The notes beneath the pieces were generated by a model. That model saw only the letters and a program-made list of their open reading frames with translations, did no database searches and had not been told where the DNA came from. The translations under genes and the position numbers were made by a program. From Candidatus Poribacteria bacterium (lineage in GTDB: Bacteria > Poribacteria > WGA-4E > WGA-3G), in contig OZ219753.1 of assembly GCA_964291315.2 (NCBI GenBank), positions 1,728,001 through 1,792,000 of the forward strand: a stretch of DNA of 64,000 nt, in the 5' to 3' direction. This document shows, in pieces, positions 21,405 to 30,898 of the stretch; positions within the stretch are counted from its first letter, which is position 1; every line of letters starts with the position of its first letter.

Positions 21405-24176
21405 CTATTTGTCAGACGATTTGAGCTCTCCCCACCGCGTTGTGAGTTTGCCACTTGCAGAGACCTCCCCCCGCAGATGCGTCGTCCGTAACGTTGTGCG
21501 CACCCCGTCCATAGAGACGTCTTCTATCTGGTAGTAATACACCACGTTCGGCTTCGCAGTGGTATCTGTGTAGGTATAGACGTGCTTCTCGGAGGTCGTG
21601 CCGTGCCCTGCAATCAGACCCTCGGCGTTGATAGTCTTGAACTCGCCCGTCTTGCTTTCGCTGCGTAGGATATTGAAACCTGCGTTGTTCACTTCAGACT
21701 CCGTTATCCACGTAATTTCAACGTGTCCTGTCGAGGTGTTGCGCACTGGGCGGAAACTCGAGAGCGAAACAGGCAGCGGACCACCGCGCCGGTAGCCGGG
21801 CGTGCCGATATCGTTCCGATGCCCGTAGTACGTCAACGAGGCATCTGCCAGATCCGACTGCCGCCAAGAGGCTTCCATCGTTCCATCATCCGCATCGTGC
21901 GGTCCAGAACCCTCTGTCATGTCGTTGAACACACCACCGTAAGTCCGCACGATAGAGGTCCGCATATCACCAGGTTCCGGCAGATCCCATGCTTTCGTGC
22001 TTGTAGCACCTTTTATCTTAAGGTTGCCGGCTGTGTCCATAAGCATCGGATCGCCCGCGCTGACTTTGGCACGCAGTTCGAGATGGAAGCTCTCCGCACT
22101 CAGCAGCTGCCGTCCGAGCGTTGTCAACCTTAGATCGCTACCATGCTTCTCCAACAGGTTGTAGACGTAGTTCTCCGCTACATCGTTCGCAGCACTGCTT
22201 GAGACCAGCAGCAACGTCTGATTCGGTGGAATATACGTCCCCGCATCAAATGTGAGGGTTGCGTCGACATACGAGCCTAGGTCTGTCGCCTTGTTGCGGA
22301 TCTGCAACTCCCAGCCCTCAAGGTTCACCGTCTCGGTCATAGAGCTGTTGTACAGTTCTATCCACTGCACCAGGTTCGAGCGCGGCCCTGCATCATACAT
22401 AATCTCACTGATGCTGACTGTCTTGTCAAAGGTGTAGTCTCCCTCGGAGACGTTGTTCACTGCCATGTTCGGATACCCCGGCGTGCCAGGGGAACTCATC
22501 GTGTCAACCGCTTTATCTTTGCCACGATCGTAGCCGGCCCCCATGAACCCGAAGGTCTGCCAGTCGTCTTTGTGAACACGGTTGGCACGAGACTTCGCAC
22601 CATACATGCCTTGCGAATTGATCTGGACACCGCGCCCAAATGACATACTCCGAGAGGCGAAGGTATTCATACCGCCGAAGTCGTCAACGTCTCCCGGTGC
22701 TGACCACGCTACAAACGGCCAAACATCTGTATTGAACTTCCTATCTTCCATCCGTGTGAAGAACCCGTTGCCGGCGTAGTCTTTGATGTGCGTCGGTTTG
22801 CCGACATCATCTTTATGATCCCGCGTGCGCAGCAGGATCAGGAACTTGCCTTCAGCGGGAAGTTTTAGATCTTTCGCAACCACATGCTTGTGGGAGACAC
22901 CCGTGTTGATGTCCGATTTGTCCAAGAGGCTCTGAAGGTTAGTACCCGCAGCGAACTTAATACTCCGCCTCGGATCCCGGTTATAGACCACAAGATACTC
23001 GCCCGGCTTCATCCTATATTTCGGCAGCACCGCCAAACTGGTGTCTGTGAAGTTGGCATCCCCGGACTCGTGATACCCGCTGCCGTCGTCCTTCATCTTG
23101 CCCATGACGAGGCTCAGCTCATAGTTCTCTATATTCACCGAGGAATCCGATGCATTATCGCTATTATAGAACAACTCTATCCAGTCCAAGTTAGCACTTG
23201 ACGTATCGTTTCGCACCTCGTTGATGATAATACCGGTAGGTGAGATAGAGGCCGGGTTCATATCAAACTTGACAACATAGGGACCGTCCATAGGCACGTG
23301 AACGTGCCCCGGGGACCCGATGTACGGACCGCTGATGTTAATCGAGCCGACGGAAGTCTCCCAGGAACCGGGTTCACTGCCGTCCCCGAGTCCCTTCAGT
23401 TTTCCGTTTTCATACGCATACGCCTTGCCTGTGCTATCCAGCTCTATCTTCCGATACATAGAGACCATGGGGGTCGGAGCTGCGCCTGTCTCTGGGTTGC
23501 CGTCGGTATCCCCGTTGCTACCTTTCAGCGCCCAAAGCCGGCCAAAACGATCGATTGTTCTTATGCGGTCTAGAACGAGATACTTGCGCTTGCCCAAGCC
23601 CTCTTGCATGGCAATCTCAAACATCTCACCTGCAGAATAATCTAGAAGTTGAGGATAGGCTCTAACATCGGGCACGACGACTGCATCGTTCTTTTTGAGA
23701 GGGCCTTGGCTGTAGATTTCAACCCACTGCGGATTATCTTCGGTAAATGCTCTTGAAGGGGCATCTGTCCCCCACATTATTTCGGTGATAACGAGATGGT
23801 GCTTGTACGCCATCGCCTCCTCCGCTGTCGGATCAGATCCCAAACTATACTCTCTACCTGCCGTATCAACTTCAGACTGTAATGGCAATCGCAGTACAAC
23901 GACCAACGCACGACCTCCTTGGATCCTATCCCGTAGGTCACCCCAAAGGTATTCCCAATTGTCTGCCGCTGTGCCGTACACCTTCCCTGTTGCTGCGGGC
24001 AAGATGCCGTTATCAGCTTTATCTCCAGATTTAGCCCAAACAAGGAACGTTTTGGCTTCAAGGAGGTGGGTTGCAGCAGGTCCAGTCACAACGTTAAGCT
24101 GCGCGGAAGCCTGCGTCGTTGCGAAGAGACACAAAAGCCCCAATACTACCAAAAGTCTCATTTTATTCCATAACAC
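21405..24176 (-). CDS. Secreted multi-lamin-tail-domain protein, paralog A
   Basis: Signal peptide; three units of I(T/N/S)E(I/V)...W(V/I)E(I/L)...(S/T)PG; PLPVSLSSF Ig-like domain; GKLTTRWGELK tail. Confidence 0.85.
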   Translation of the reverse strand: MLWNKMRLLVVLGLLCLFATTQASAQLNVVTGPAATHLLEAKTFLVWAKSGDKADNGILPAATGKVYGTAADNWEYLWGDLRDRIQGGRALVVVLRLPLQSEVDTAGREYSLGSDPTAEEAMAYKHHLVITEIMWGTDAPSRAFTEDNPQWVEIYSQGPLKKNDAVVVPDVRAYPQLLDYSAGEMFEIAMQEGLGKRKYLVLDRIRTIDRFGRLWALKGSNGDTDGNPETGAAPTPMVSMYRKIELDSTGKAYAYENGKLKGLGDGSEPGSWETSVGSINISGPYIGSPGHVHVPMDGPYVVKFDMNPASISPTGIIINEVRNDTSSANLDWIELFYNSDNASDSSVNIENYELSLVMGKMKDDGSGYHESGDANFTDTSLAVLPKYRMKPGEYLVVYNRDPRRSIKFAAGTNLQSLLDKSDINTGVSHKHVVAKDLKLPAEGKFLILLRTRDHKDDVGKPTHIKDYAGNGFFTRMEDRKFNTDVWPFVAWSAPGDVDDFGGMNTFASRSMSFGRGVQINSQGMYGAKSRANRVHKDDWQTFGFMGAGYDRGKDKAVDTMSSPGTPGYPNMAVNNVSEGDYTFDKTVSISEIMYDAGPRSNLVQWIELYNSSMTETVNLEGWELQIRNKATDLGSYVDATLTFDAGTYIPPNQTLLLVSSSAANDVAENYVYNLLEKHGSDLRLTTLGRQLLSAESFHLELRAKVSAGDPMLMDTAGNLKIKGATSTKAWDLPEPGDMRTSIVRTYGGVFNDMTEGSGPHDADDGTMEASWRQSDLADASLTYYGHRNDIGTPGYRRGGPLPVSLSSFRPVRNTSTGHVEITWITESEVNNAGFNILRSESKTGEFKTINAEGLIAGHGTTSEKHVYTYTDTTAKPNVVYYYQIEDVSMDGVRTTLRTTHLRGEVSASGKLTTRWGELKSSDK

Positions 24177-24201
24177 TACTTTCTTTCTCCTCTGTTATTG
24201 G

Positions 24202-24250
24202 TGACGCGGGCTTGACAAATATTGGATAAATATCTATCAAGCTCACATTA
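24202..24250. mobile_element. Minimal MITE-like hairpin made of two inverted IS982-type ends
   Basis: Right arm CTATCAAGCTCACATTA matches 21110-21126 at 15/17; left arm TGACGCGGGCTTGACAA is its degenerate inverse. Confidence 0.6.
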
Positions 24251-24269
24251 TACCTAACTGTTGTGTCTG

Positions 24270-27092
24270 CTATTTGTTAGATGATTTGAGCTCACCCCAA
24301 CGCGTTGTGAGCTTACCCCTCACAGAGACATCTCCACGCAGATGCGTCGTCCGTAGCGTCGTCCGCACCCCGTCCATAGAGATGTCTTCTATCTGATAGT
24401 AATAGACGGCATTCGGCTTCGCACTCGTATCTGTGTAGATATACACCTGCTGCTCGGAAGTCGTGCCGTGCCCCGCAATCAAACCCTCAGAGTTGATAGC
24501 CTTAAACGCGCCGGTCTTGATCTCACTGCGCAGGATGTTGAAGCCTGCGTTGTTGAGTTCAGACTCTGTTATCCACGTAATCTCAACGTGGCCCGTTGCA
24601 GCGTTGCGAACAGGCCGGAAACTCGAGAGCGAAACAGGCAAGGGACCGCCGACCCGGTAGCCGGGCGAGCTGATATCGTCTCGGTGTCCGTAGTACGTCA
24701 GCGACGCATCTACTAGGTTAGACTGCCGCCAAGACGCTTGAATCAAACCATCATCCGGATTCGAACCACCGTTATATGTGCGGGCGATAGACATCCGCAC
24801 ATCACCGCGCTCGGGCAGAGCCCACGCCTTCGTGCGCATCGTCCCCGATATCTCAAGGTTGCCGGCTGTGTCCACAGCTATCAACTTTGACTCACCATCT
24901 TCGTTGACCTTCGCACGCAGTTCCAGATGGAAGCCCGCCGCATTCAGCAGCAGACGACCCTGCGTCGCCAACCCGAGATCACTCCGATGATTGTCTTGCA
25001 AGTTATAGACGTAGTTCTCTGCGACATCGTTCGCACCATTGTTCGACACCAGCAGCAACGTCTGATTCGGCGGCAGATATGTGCTGGCATCAAACGTGAA
25101 CTTCGCATTGACATACGAACCCGTCTCTGTTCTCTCGTTGCGGATCTCCAACTCCCACCCCTCAAGGTTTACCGTCTCAGTCATAGAGCTGTTGTACAGT
25201 TCTATCCACTGCACCAAGTTGCCGCGGGACCCTGCGTCATACATAATCTCGCTGATGCTCACTTTTCCGTCGAAGACGTAGTCGTCATCGGTTGATGAGG
25301 TGTCTTTGTCATCAGCGATCATACTCACCCCTATGTTCGGATACCCCGGCGTACCAGGGGAATCCACCGTGTCAACCGTTTTATCGCGCCCCCGATCGTA
25401 GCCGGCACCCATGAACCCGAAGGTCATCCAATCGTCTTTGTGAACGCGGTTCGCACGAGACTTCGCCCAATACATCCCCTTCGCGTTCAACTGAGCCTCC
25501 CGACCGAACGACATACTCGTAGAAGCGAAGGTGTTCATACCACCGAACTCATCAACGTCTCCCGGGGCAGACCACGCTACAAACGGCCAGACATCTGTAT
25601 TGAACTTCTTATTTTCCATGCGCTTGAAGAAACCGTTGCCCGCGTAGTCTTTGACATGTGTCGGCTTGCCAACGTCATCCGCACTATCCCGCGTGCGCAG
25701 CAGGATCAGGAACTTCCCTTCAGCAGGCAGGTTCAGGTTCTTAGAGACCACATATTTGTGTGAGGCACCTTTGTTGATGTCGGTTTTCTCCAAGAGGTCT
25801 TGAACGTTTTTACCCATGGCGAAGTTAACGCTCAGCCCCGGCTCCCGGTTATAGATCACTAGATACTCGCCCGGCATCATCTGGTATTCTGGCAGCACCG
25901 CGAGACTTGTGTCCGTGAAGTTGGCATCGCCCGACTCGTGATACCCGCTGCCGTCAGCCTTCATCTTGCCCATGACGAGGCTCAGCTCATAGTTTTTTAT
26001 ATTCACAGCGGCATCCGAGGCATTCTCGCTATTATAGAACAACTCTATCCAGTCTAAGTTAGCACTTGACGTATCGTTTCGCACCTCGTTAATGATGACA
26101 CCTGTAGGTGAGATAGAGGCGGGAGACACATTGAACTGGACTGCACCCGGTCCACTGGGATTAAGCAAGTGAACAGCCCCCGGACTCGCTTTGTAATTAC
26201 CCTTTCGGATATACTTATGCCGATATTTGGAGGCTTCCCAAGAGCTTGCTTCGTTGCCTTCCCCGAGGCCCTTCAGTTTTCCGCCTTCCACTTTATACGC
26301 CATCCCCGTCTCATCCAGCTCGATCTTCCGATACATGGAGACCATGGCATTGGCAAGATCGCCTGTATCTCTATCGGCAGGTCGATCAATAGCAGGAGTA
26401 GAGGGATCCGCATCGGGTTCACCATCGACAGTATCGCCATCGGCACCTTTCAGCTCCCACCGCTGACCCCAACGATTGAGCGTAGCGACACGATCCAAAA
26501 CAACAAACTTGCGCTCACCATTACCATCATCGTCCCACATGAACGTCTCACCCGGAGCAGGCACAACAGCGGGATCCAAATTGTAAGAGGTGCGCCATCT
26601 AATATAATCCCCAGATTTCAAAGTGCCGGCGTTATAGATTTCAAACCATTGAGCCTCTGTTCTGTAAGGGAAATCCGTCCCCCAATTCACCTCGGTGATG
26701 ACGATGCGGTGCTTCATCGCCCTCAGATCCGCATCTGACGCGTCGGCTTTCAGGCTATGGTTGGCAGCGCCATCGGCGGTAATTTCGGCTGCTGTCGGCA
26801 CACGCATTGAAATTGTGATGGCTCCGCGCATCAGTACATCCTTCAGGTCTGCCAAATCAGCGACCTCCCGCCCGTGTACATCGTAAAGCATACGGAGGTT
26901 AACCGCAACGTGACGGGAACCGCCACCTAAAGTAAAGTTCTTCATAATGAGCGAAAAGCCTTTGTCTTTCTTGAGTTGAGTCCACTGCTTATAGTCATTG
27001 CCAGCTATAACGGTGATACCAAAGGCGTGTGTGGTTGCAAAGACAAAGGTGAGCCCTAAGACTATGAAAATCCTGATTTTATTTGATAACAT
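24270..27092 (-). CDS. Secreted multi-lamin-tail-domain protein, paralog B
   Basis: Same architecture as 21405-24176; highly similar from PASISPTG to the C-terminus, divergent N-terminus. Confidence 0.85.
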   Translation of the reverse strand: MLSNKIRIFIVLGLTFVFATTHAFGITVIAGNDYKQWTQLKKDKGFSLIMKNFTLGGGSRHVAVNLRMLYDVHGREVADLADLKDVLMRGAITISMRVPTAAEITADGAANHSLKADASDADLRAMKHRIVITEVNWGTDFPYRTEAQWFEIYNAGTLKSGDYIRWRTSYNLDPAVVPAPGETFMWDDDGNGERKFVVLDRVATLNRWGQRWELKGADGDTVDGEPDADPSTPAIDRPADRDTGDLANAMVSMYRKIELDETGMAYKVEGGKLKGLGEGNEASSWEASKYRHKYIRKGNYKASPGAVHLLNPSGPGAVQFNVSPASISPTGVIINEVRNDTSSANLDWIELFYNSENASDAAVNIKNYELSLVMGKMKADGSGYHESGDANFTDTSLAVLPEYQMMPGEYLVIYNREPGLSVNFAMGKNVQDLLEKTDINKGASHKYVVSKNLNLPAEGKFLILLRTRDSADDVGKPTHVKDYAGNGFFKRMENKKFNTDVWPFVAWSAPGDVDEFGGMNTFASTSMSFGREAQLNAKGMYWAKSRANRVHKDDWMTFGFMGAGYDRGRDKTVDTVDSPGTPGYPNIGVSMIADDKDTSSTDDDYVFDGKVSISEIMYDAGSRGNLVQWIELYNSSMTETVNLEGWELEIRNERTETGSYVNAKFTFDASTYLPPNQTLLLVSNNGANDVAENYVYNLQDNHRSDLGLATQGRLLLNAAGFHLELRAKVNEDGESKLIAVDTAGNLEISGTMRTKAWALPERGDVRMSIARTYNGGSNPDDGLIQASWRQSNLVDASLTYYGHRDDISSPGYRVGGPLPVSLSSFRPVRNAATGHVEITWITESELNNAGFNILRSEIKTGAFKAINSEGLIAGHGTTSEQQVYIYTDTSAKPNAVYYYQIEDISMDGVRTTLRTTHLRGDVSVRGKLTTRWGELKSSNK

Positions 27093-27720
27093 TACGTTCG
27101 TTTTCCTCTGTTATTGTTAAGTTAAAGATAGACAAGATAAGATATGGGATCAGGAGGACAGATCCATTCTCTCTCCTTACGATAGATATCAAATTTACGC
27201 TGAGGAACCCCCTCAGATCTTTTGATGTTAAGGGCGAAGGGAGCTTCTGTGGGGAATCCGCTGATTTCAGGCCACCTTGTTGGGTGTTAGATGGCAGTGC
27301 CAAAACTTCCTAAACTGTGTGAAAACAGAACAATAGAATAAAACAAAAACATATGAAAAGAATAGAACTACCGCTTCTTTTGCTATAGGATGAGGTTGGC
27401 TCCTGCCTATCTTCCGCTGCGGGAAGCTCTTTAGTCGGTGCGCGATTTCGTGCTGTTGGATCAGCTGGCGAGCAGGCGCAAAGCGGGTAGCGTGCTGGAG
27501 CAAGCGGATATTTTGTGATAAAGGGGATAAAACACTTACTATGTGTGGAGTGGGGGGGGGTACTAACAACAGCAGAGCTTAGACAATATAACGGGCCCTG
27601 AATATCCAAGAGATGGCTAAGCCTCTCTGACTTCATGATTCTGGGGGAAGTGTCTACAGCTTTCACATGTCTCATAGATTACAAATTCACTTTCGGACTA
27701 TTTCGCCCTCTCTTTTCTAC

Positions 27721-27759
27721 GATATATTAAATATATCTTAAAACGCACCTCAATGTCAA
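27721..27759 (-). promoter_or_regulatory. Promoter of the lamin-tail operon with overlapping palindrome
   Basis: Minus strand TTGACA-N18-TATATT; GATATATT-A-AATATATC palindrome at 27721-27737 covers the -10 box. Confidence 0.55.
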
Positions 27760-27952
27760 GTTTTTTTATAAAAAAAATCGGGGACACCTTTTTGACTATC
27801 ATCCACTAAAATGTCAGATAGAGAATAGACGACCTCACAGACGACCGCATCTCTCTGCCGGGGAGCGCTTTCTGCGATATGCAAGAAAAAATTCGTCTAT
27901 TTTGCTGAAGAGTGATACAATATATCTTAATGAAGATGCAGTAAACCTGCTA

Positions 27953-28131
27953 TAACGTGAGTTTGAAGAAAGAGTTCGGGAGGTCCAATAACCCGTTCGA
28001 TCTCCCTGCAAGGCACTTATAACATAGAGTGTCAGCCTCTGCCGCTTTAGCTCTTCTTGCACAACCTATTCAGTTCTGCAAGGGGACCTCTTTATCCAAA
28101 GATGAGCCCAATAATTATCAAACTCGCGTTA
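27953..28131. mobile_element. 179-bp MITE with IS982-type terminal inverted repeats
   Basis: TAACGTGAGTTTGA ... TCAAACTCGCGTTA (13/14 inverted match); no credible ORF inside. Confidence 0.7.
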
Positions 28132-28191
28132 GTATAAAAAAAACCCGGGTGAGCTGTCAAGTGTTTTAGAGGTGACACACTGATCATAATA

Positions 28192-29109
28192 ATGTATATC
28201 ATCGGAATTGATGCAGGCGGAACCAAAACTGCGGGAATCCTCGCAACAAAAACAGGGCATCAGATCACACAAGCACAATCAGGACCTGCAAACTATCACG
28301 TAGTTGGCGAAACACAGACCCTAGAAGTTTTGGACACCCTCATCGGACAACTTTGCGAAAAAGCAGACGTTTCAAGAACAAGCCCTATTTGCTTCTGTTT
28401 AGGAATGGCAGGCCTGGGGCGCACTACAGATCAACAAATCATCGGCACGATTTGCGATAAACTCGGCATCACCAAAAACCGAATATTGACACACGATGCA
28501 CATATCGCACTCATTGGGGGAACAGAGAAACAGAAAGGCGTAATTGTCATCTCTGGAACAGGTGCTATCGTTTACGGTACCAACCCCGAAGGCACAGAAG
28601 CACGCGCAAGCGGTTGGGGCTACCTCCTCGGAGATGAAGGCAGTGGGTATGATATTGCTATAAAAGCACTCCGAGCTGTCGCCCGCGCCGCTGACGGCAG
28701 AGACACTCCGACAGAATTAACAAGCCGCATCCTTAATAGACTCACATTAAACGAACCAAGTGACTTGATCCCTTGGGCACACACCGCGAACCGAGATACG
28801 ATCGCCCACTTGGCAGAAACTGTGTTTGACACCGCACAAACAATGGACAGCGTCGCAAAACGAATTATTAACGAGGCTGCTGATGAACTCGTTTGTGCTG
28901 CAAGGAGTGTGATCCAACAGCTAAAATTTGACGCACCGTTCGAGATTATTCTCAGTGGAGGCAATCTCATCCATCAACCCATGTTCGCTGACAAACTCCG
29001 CCACCGGTTTGCAAGGGTACAACCAGAGGCCTCCGTGCGCCTTCCGAGCCGCGAACCGGCTTACGGCGCAGTATTATTGGCACAAGCCACATTAGAGAAA
29101 GTACCGTGA
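28192..29109 (+). CDS. BadF/BadG-type sugar kinase (N-acetylglucosamine/N-acetylmuramic acid kinase-like)
   Basis: IGIDAGGTKT, HDAHIAL, ISGTGA, GWGYLLGDEGSG, LSGG. Confidence 0.88.
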   Translation: MYIIGIDAGGTKTAGILATKTGHQITQAQSGPANYHVVGETQTLEVLDTLIGQLCEKADVSRTSPICFCLGMAGLGRTTDQQIIGTICDKLGITKNRILTHDAHIALIGGTEKQKGVIVISGTGAIVYGTNPEGTEARASGWGYLLGDEGSGYDIAIKALRAVARAADGRDTPTELTSRILNRLTLNEPSDLIPWAHTANRDTIAHLAETVFDTAQTMDSVAKRIINEAADELVCAARSVIQQLKFDAPFEIILSGGNLIHQPMFADKLRHRFARVQPEASVRLPSREPAYGAVLLAQATLEKVP

Positions 29110-29291
29110 GGCGGCTACAGATGAGATGTAAAGAGAAAACTTGTCTATTTCAAGGAATCAGCGTTTTTTAACGAATCTTCCATGTACGAAAACCGAACGT
29201 TAGTCCGCAGTACCAACCTCATCATTTCGGACTTGACGAACTGCGGTATGTCATATTAGCTTATAGCAAAACACGGTAAACGGAGCCCACA

Positions 29292-30767
29292 ATGAACTTT
29301 GAGAATCGAACGCTTTTTATTGCTGATAATCTTGAGATTATGCGGGGTATGGATTCAGATACAGTTGACCTGATTTATCTCGATCCGCCGTTTAAATCGG
29401 GAAAACAGTGGAGAGCACCGATCGGTTCACCAGCAGAGGGCGCGGAATTCAAGGACATCTGGACCGATGCAGACATTAAAGATGAATGGCACGGGCAAAT
29501 CGCTGCCGAACACGAGGAACTTTATCAGATTATTCAGGCATCTGAAGCTGTTTATGACACGTCTATGAAGATATACCTAACCGCAATGGCAGTTAGGTTG
29601 TTTGAAATGCACCGCATTTTGAAGCCAACAGGTAGCATCTATCTACACTGTGATCCGACTGCCAGTCATTATCTGAAAGCCGCGATGGACTCGCTGTTCG
29701 GAAGTAATAACTTTCGGAATGAGGTGATTTGGAAGCGGACATCGACGAAATCGCTGGCAAAACGTTACGCAACGAACACCGACAGAATTCTTTACTATAT
29801 CAAGTCTAATAAGGCAACTTGGAATCAACAATATGCTCCATATGACGATGAATATATACGAAAGGCGTTTCGAAGCCGGGACAAACACGGTAAATACGGA
29901 ACTGCTGATTTATCGGGCGGAAAAGCAGGCAGCCGAAGAGCTTATATGCCGTTGAAAGGCATCGAACCTCCTCCCGGGCGGGCATGGGCACCACCCACTC
30001 GCAACAAATTTCCTGCTTCTGCCCAAGTACTTTTGCCTAATAACTATGAAGATCTCGACCCACTCGCAAAATGTGAAGCCCTTGATAATGCAGACCTGCT
30101 GCACTGGCCCAAAGGTAAAATAGGCAGACCACAGTGGAAGAAATATTTATCTGCGATGCTAGGAGTTGTAGCAAGTGACTTGCTCCTTGATATTCCGCCT
30201 GTAAAGGGTAAGGAAGATACTGGCTATCCGACACAGAAGCCCCTCGCCCTCTTAGAACGCATCATCAAAACGTCATCAAACGAGGGAGACATGGTATTGG
30301 ACCCGTTCTGTGGGTGTGCTACGGCGTGTGTGGCAGCAGAACGTTTACATCGACAATGGGTTGGCATAGATATCTCACCAGATGCCGAAGACATCACCGT
30401 GTTGCGGTTGTCGGATGAGGTAGACGAATCCTCTAATTTATTCAAACCGTTGACAGATGTGATTGTTCGCAAGGACGCACCAGAACGGACAGATAATGCT
30501 GAGGAGATAGCCGTTCAGAAGCGTTTACCCAGATACCAAACACACAAACCGGCATTATTTGGTAGGCAGCACGGCAAATGCAATGGGTGCCAATATCCGT
30601 TCCATTTTCGCAACTTGACGGTAGACCATATCAAGCCGCAAAGCAAAGGCGGAACTGACCATATGCAGAAACTACAACTGCTTTGTGCAACGTGCAATTC
30701 AACAAAAGGTAATGGCACACAGGCAGAGCTAATTTCACCTTTGAAGGAACAAGGGGTGCTGAAATAG
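29292..30767 (+). CDS. Beta-class DNA amino-methyltransferase fused to a C-terminal HNH nuclease
   Basis: DLIYLDPPF, YPTQKP, VLDPFCGCAT; CNGC...DHIKPQSKGG..LQLLCATCNSTKG. Confidence 0.9.
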   Translation: MNFENRTLFIADNLEIMRGMDSDTVDLIYLDPPFKSGKQWRAPIGSPAEGAEFKDIWTDADIKDEWHGQIAAEHEELYQIIQASEAVYDTSMKIYLTAMAVRLFEMHRILKPTGSIYLHCDPTASHYLKAAMDSLFGSNNFRNEVIWKRTSTKSLAKRYATNTDRILYYIKSNKATWNQQYAPYDDEYIRKAFRSRDKHGKYGTADLSGGKAGSRRAYMPLKGIEPPPGRAWAPPTRNKFPASAQVLLPNNYEDLDPLAKCEALDNADLLHWPKGKIGRPQWKKYLSAMLGVVASDLLLDIPPVKGKEDTGYPTQKPLALLERIIKTSSNEGDMVLDPFCGCATACVAAERLHRQWVGIDISPDAEDITVLRLSDEVDESSNLFKPLTDVIVRKDAPERTDNAEEIAVQKRLPRYQTHKPALFGRQHGKCNGCQYPFHFRNLTVDHIKPQSKGGTDHMQKLQLLCATCNSTKGNGTQAELISPLKEQGVLK

Positions 30768-30898
30768 CTAGGATACGGATCACCTTCTCCAGCAATCCAT
30801 AGTATTGTTGAATCAACTCATTGTAGGGGAGTATACCCAATGATGAGCTTGCCCGGCAGAACTTCCACTTATACCTCCCTGTTTCTCTCCCTATTCCC

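Noticed and set aside
21405-27092. Diversity-generating retroelement template/variable repeats
   Set aside because: Differences between paralogs are not adenine-specific and no reverse transcriptase is in the window
27267-27675. Minus-strand ORFs of 100 and 121 aa in the leader
   Set aside because: No RBS, atypical composition, and they overlap structured and homopolymeric sequence
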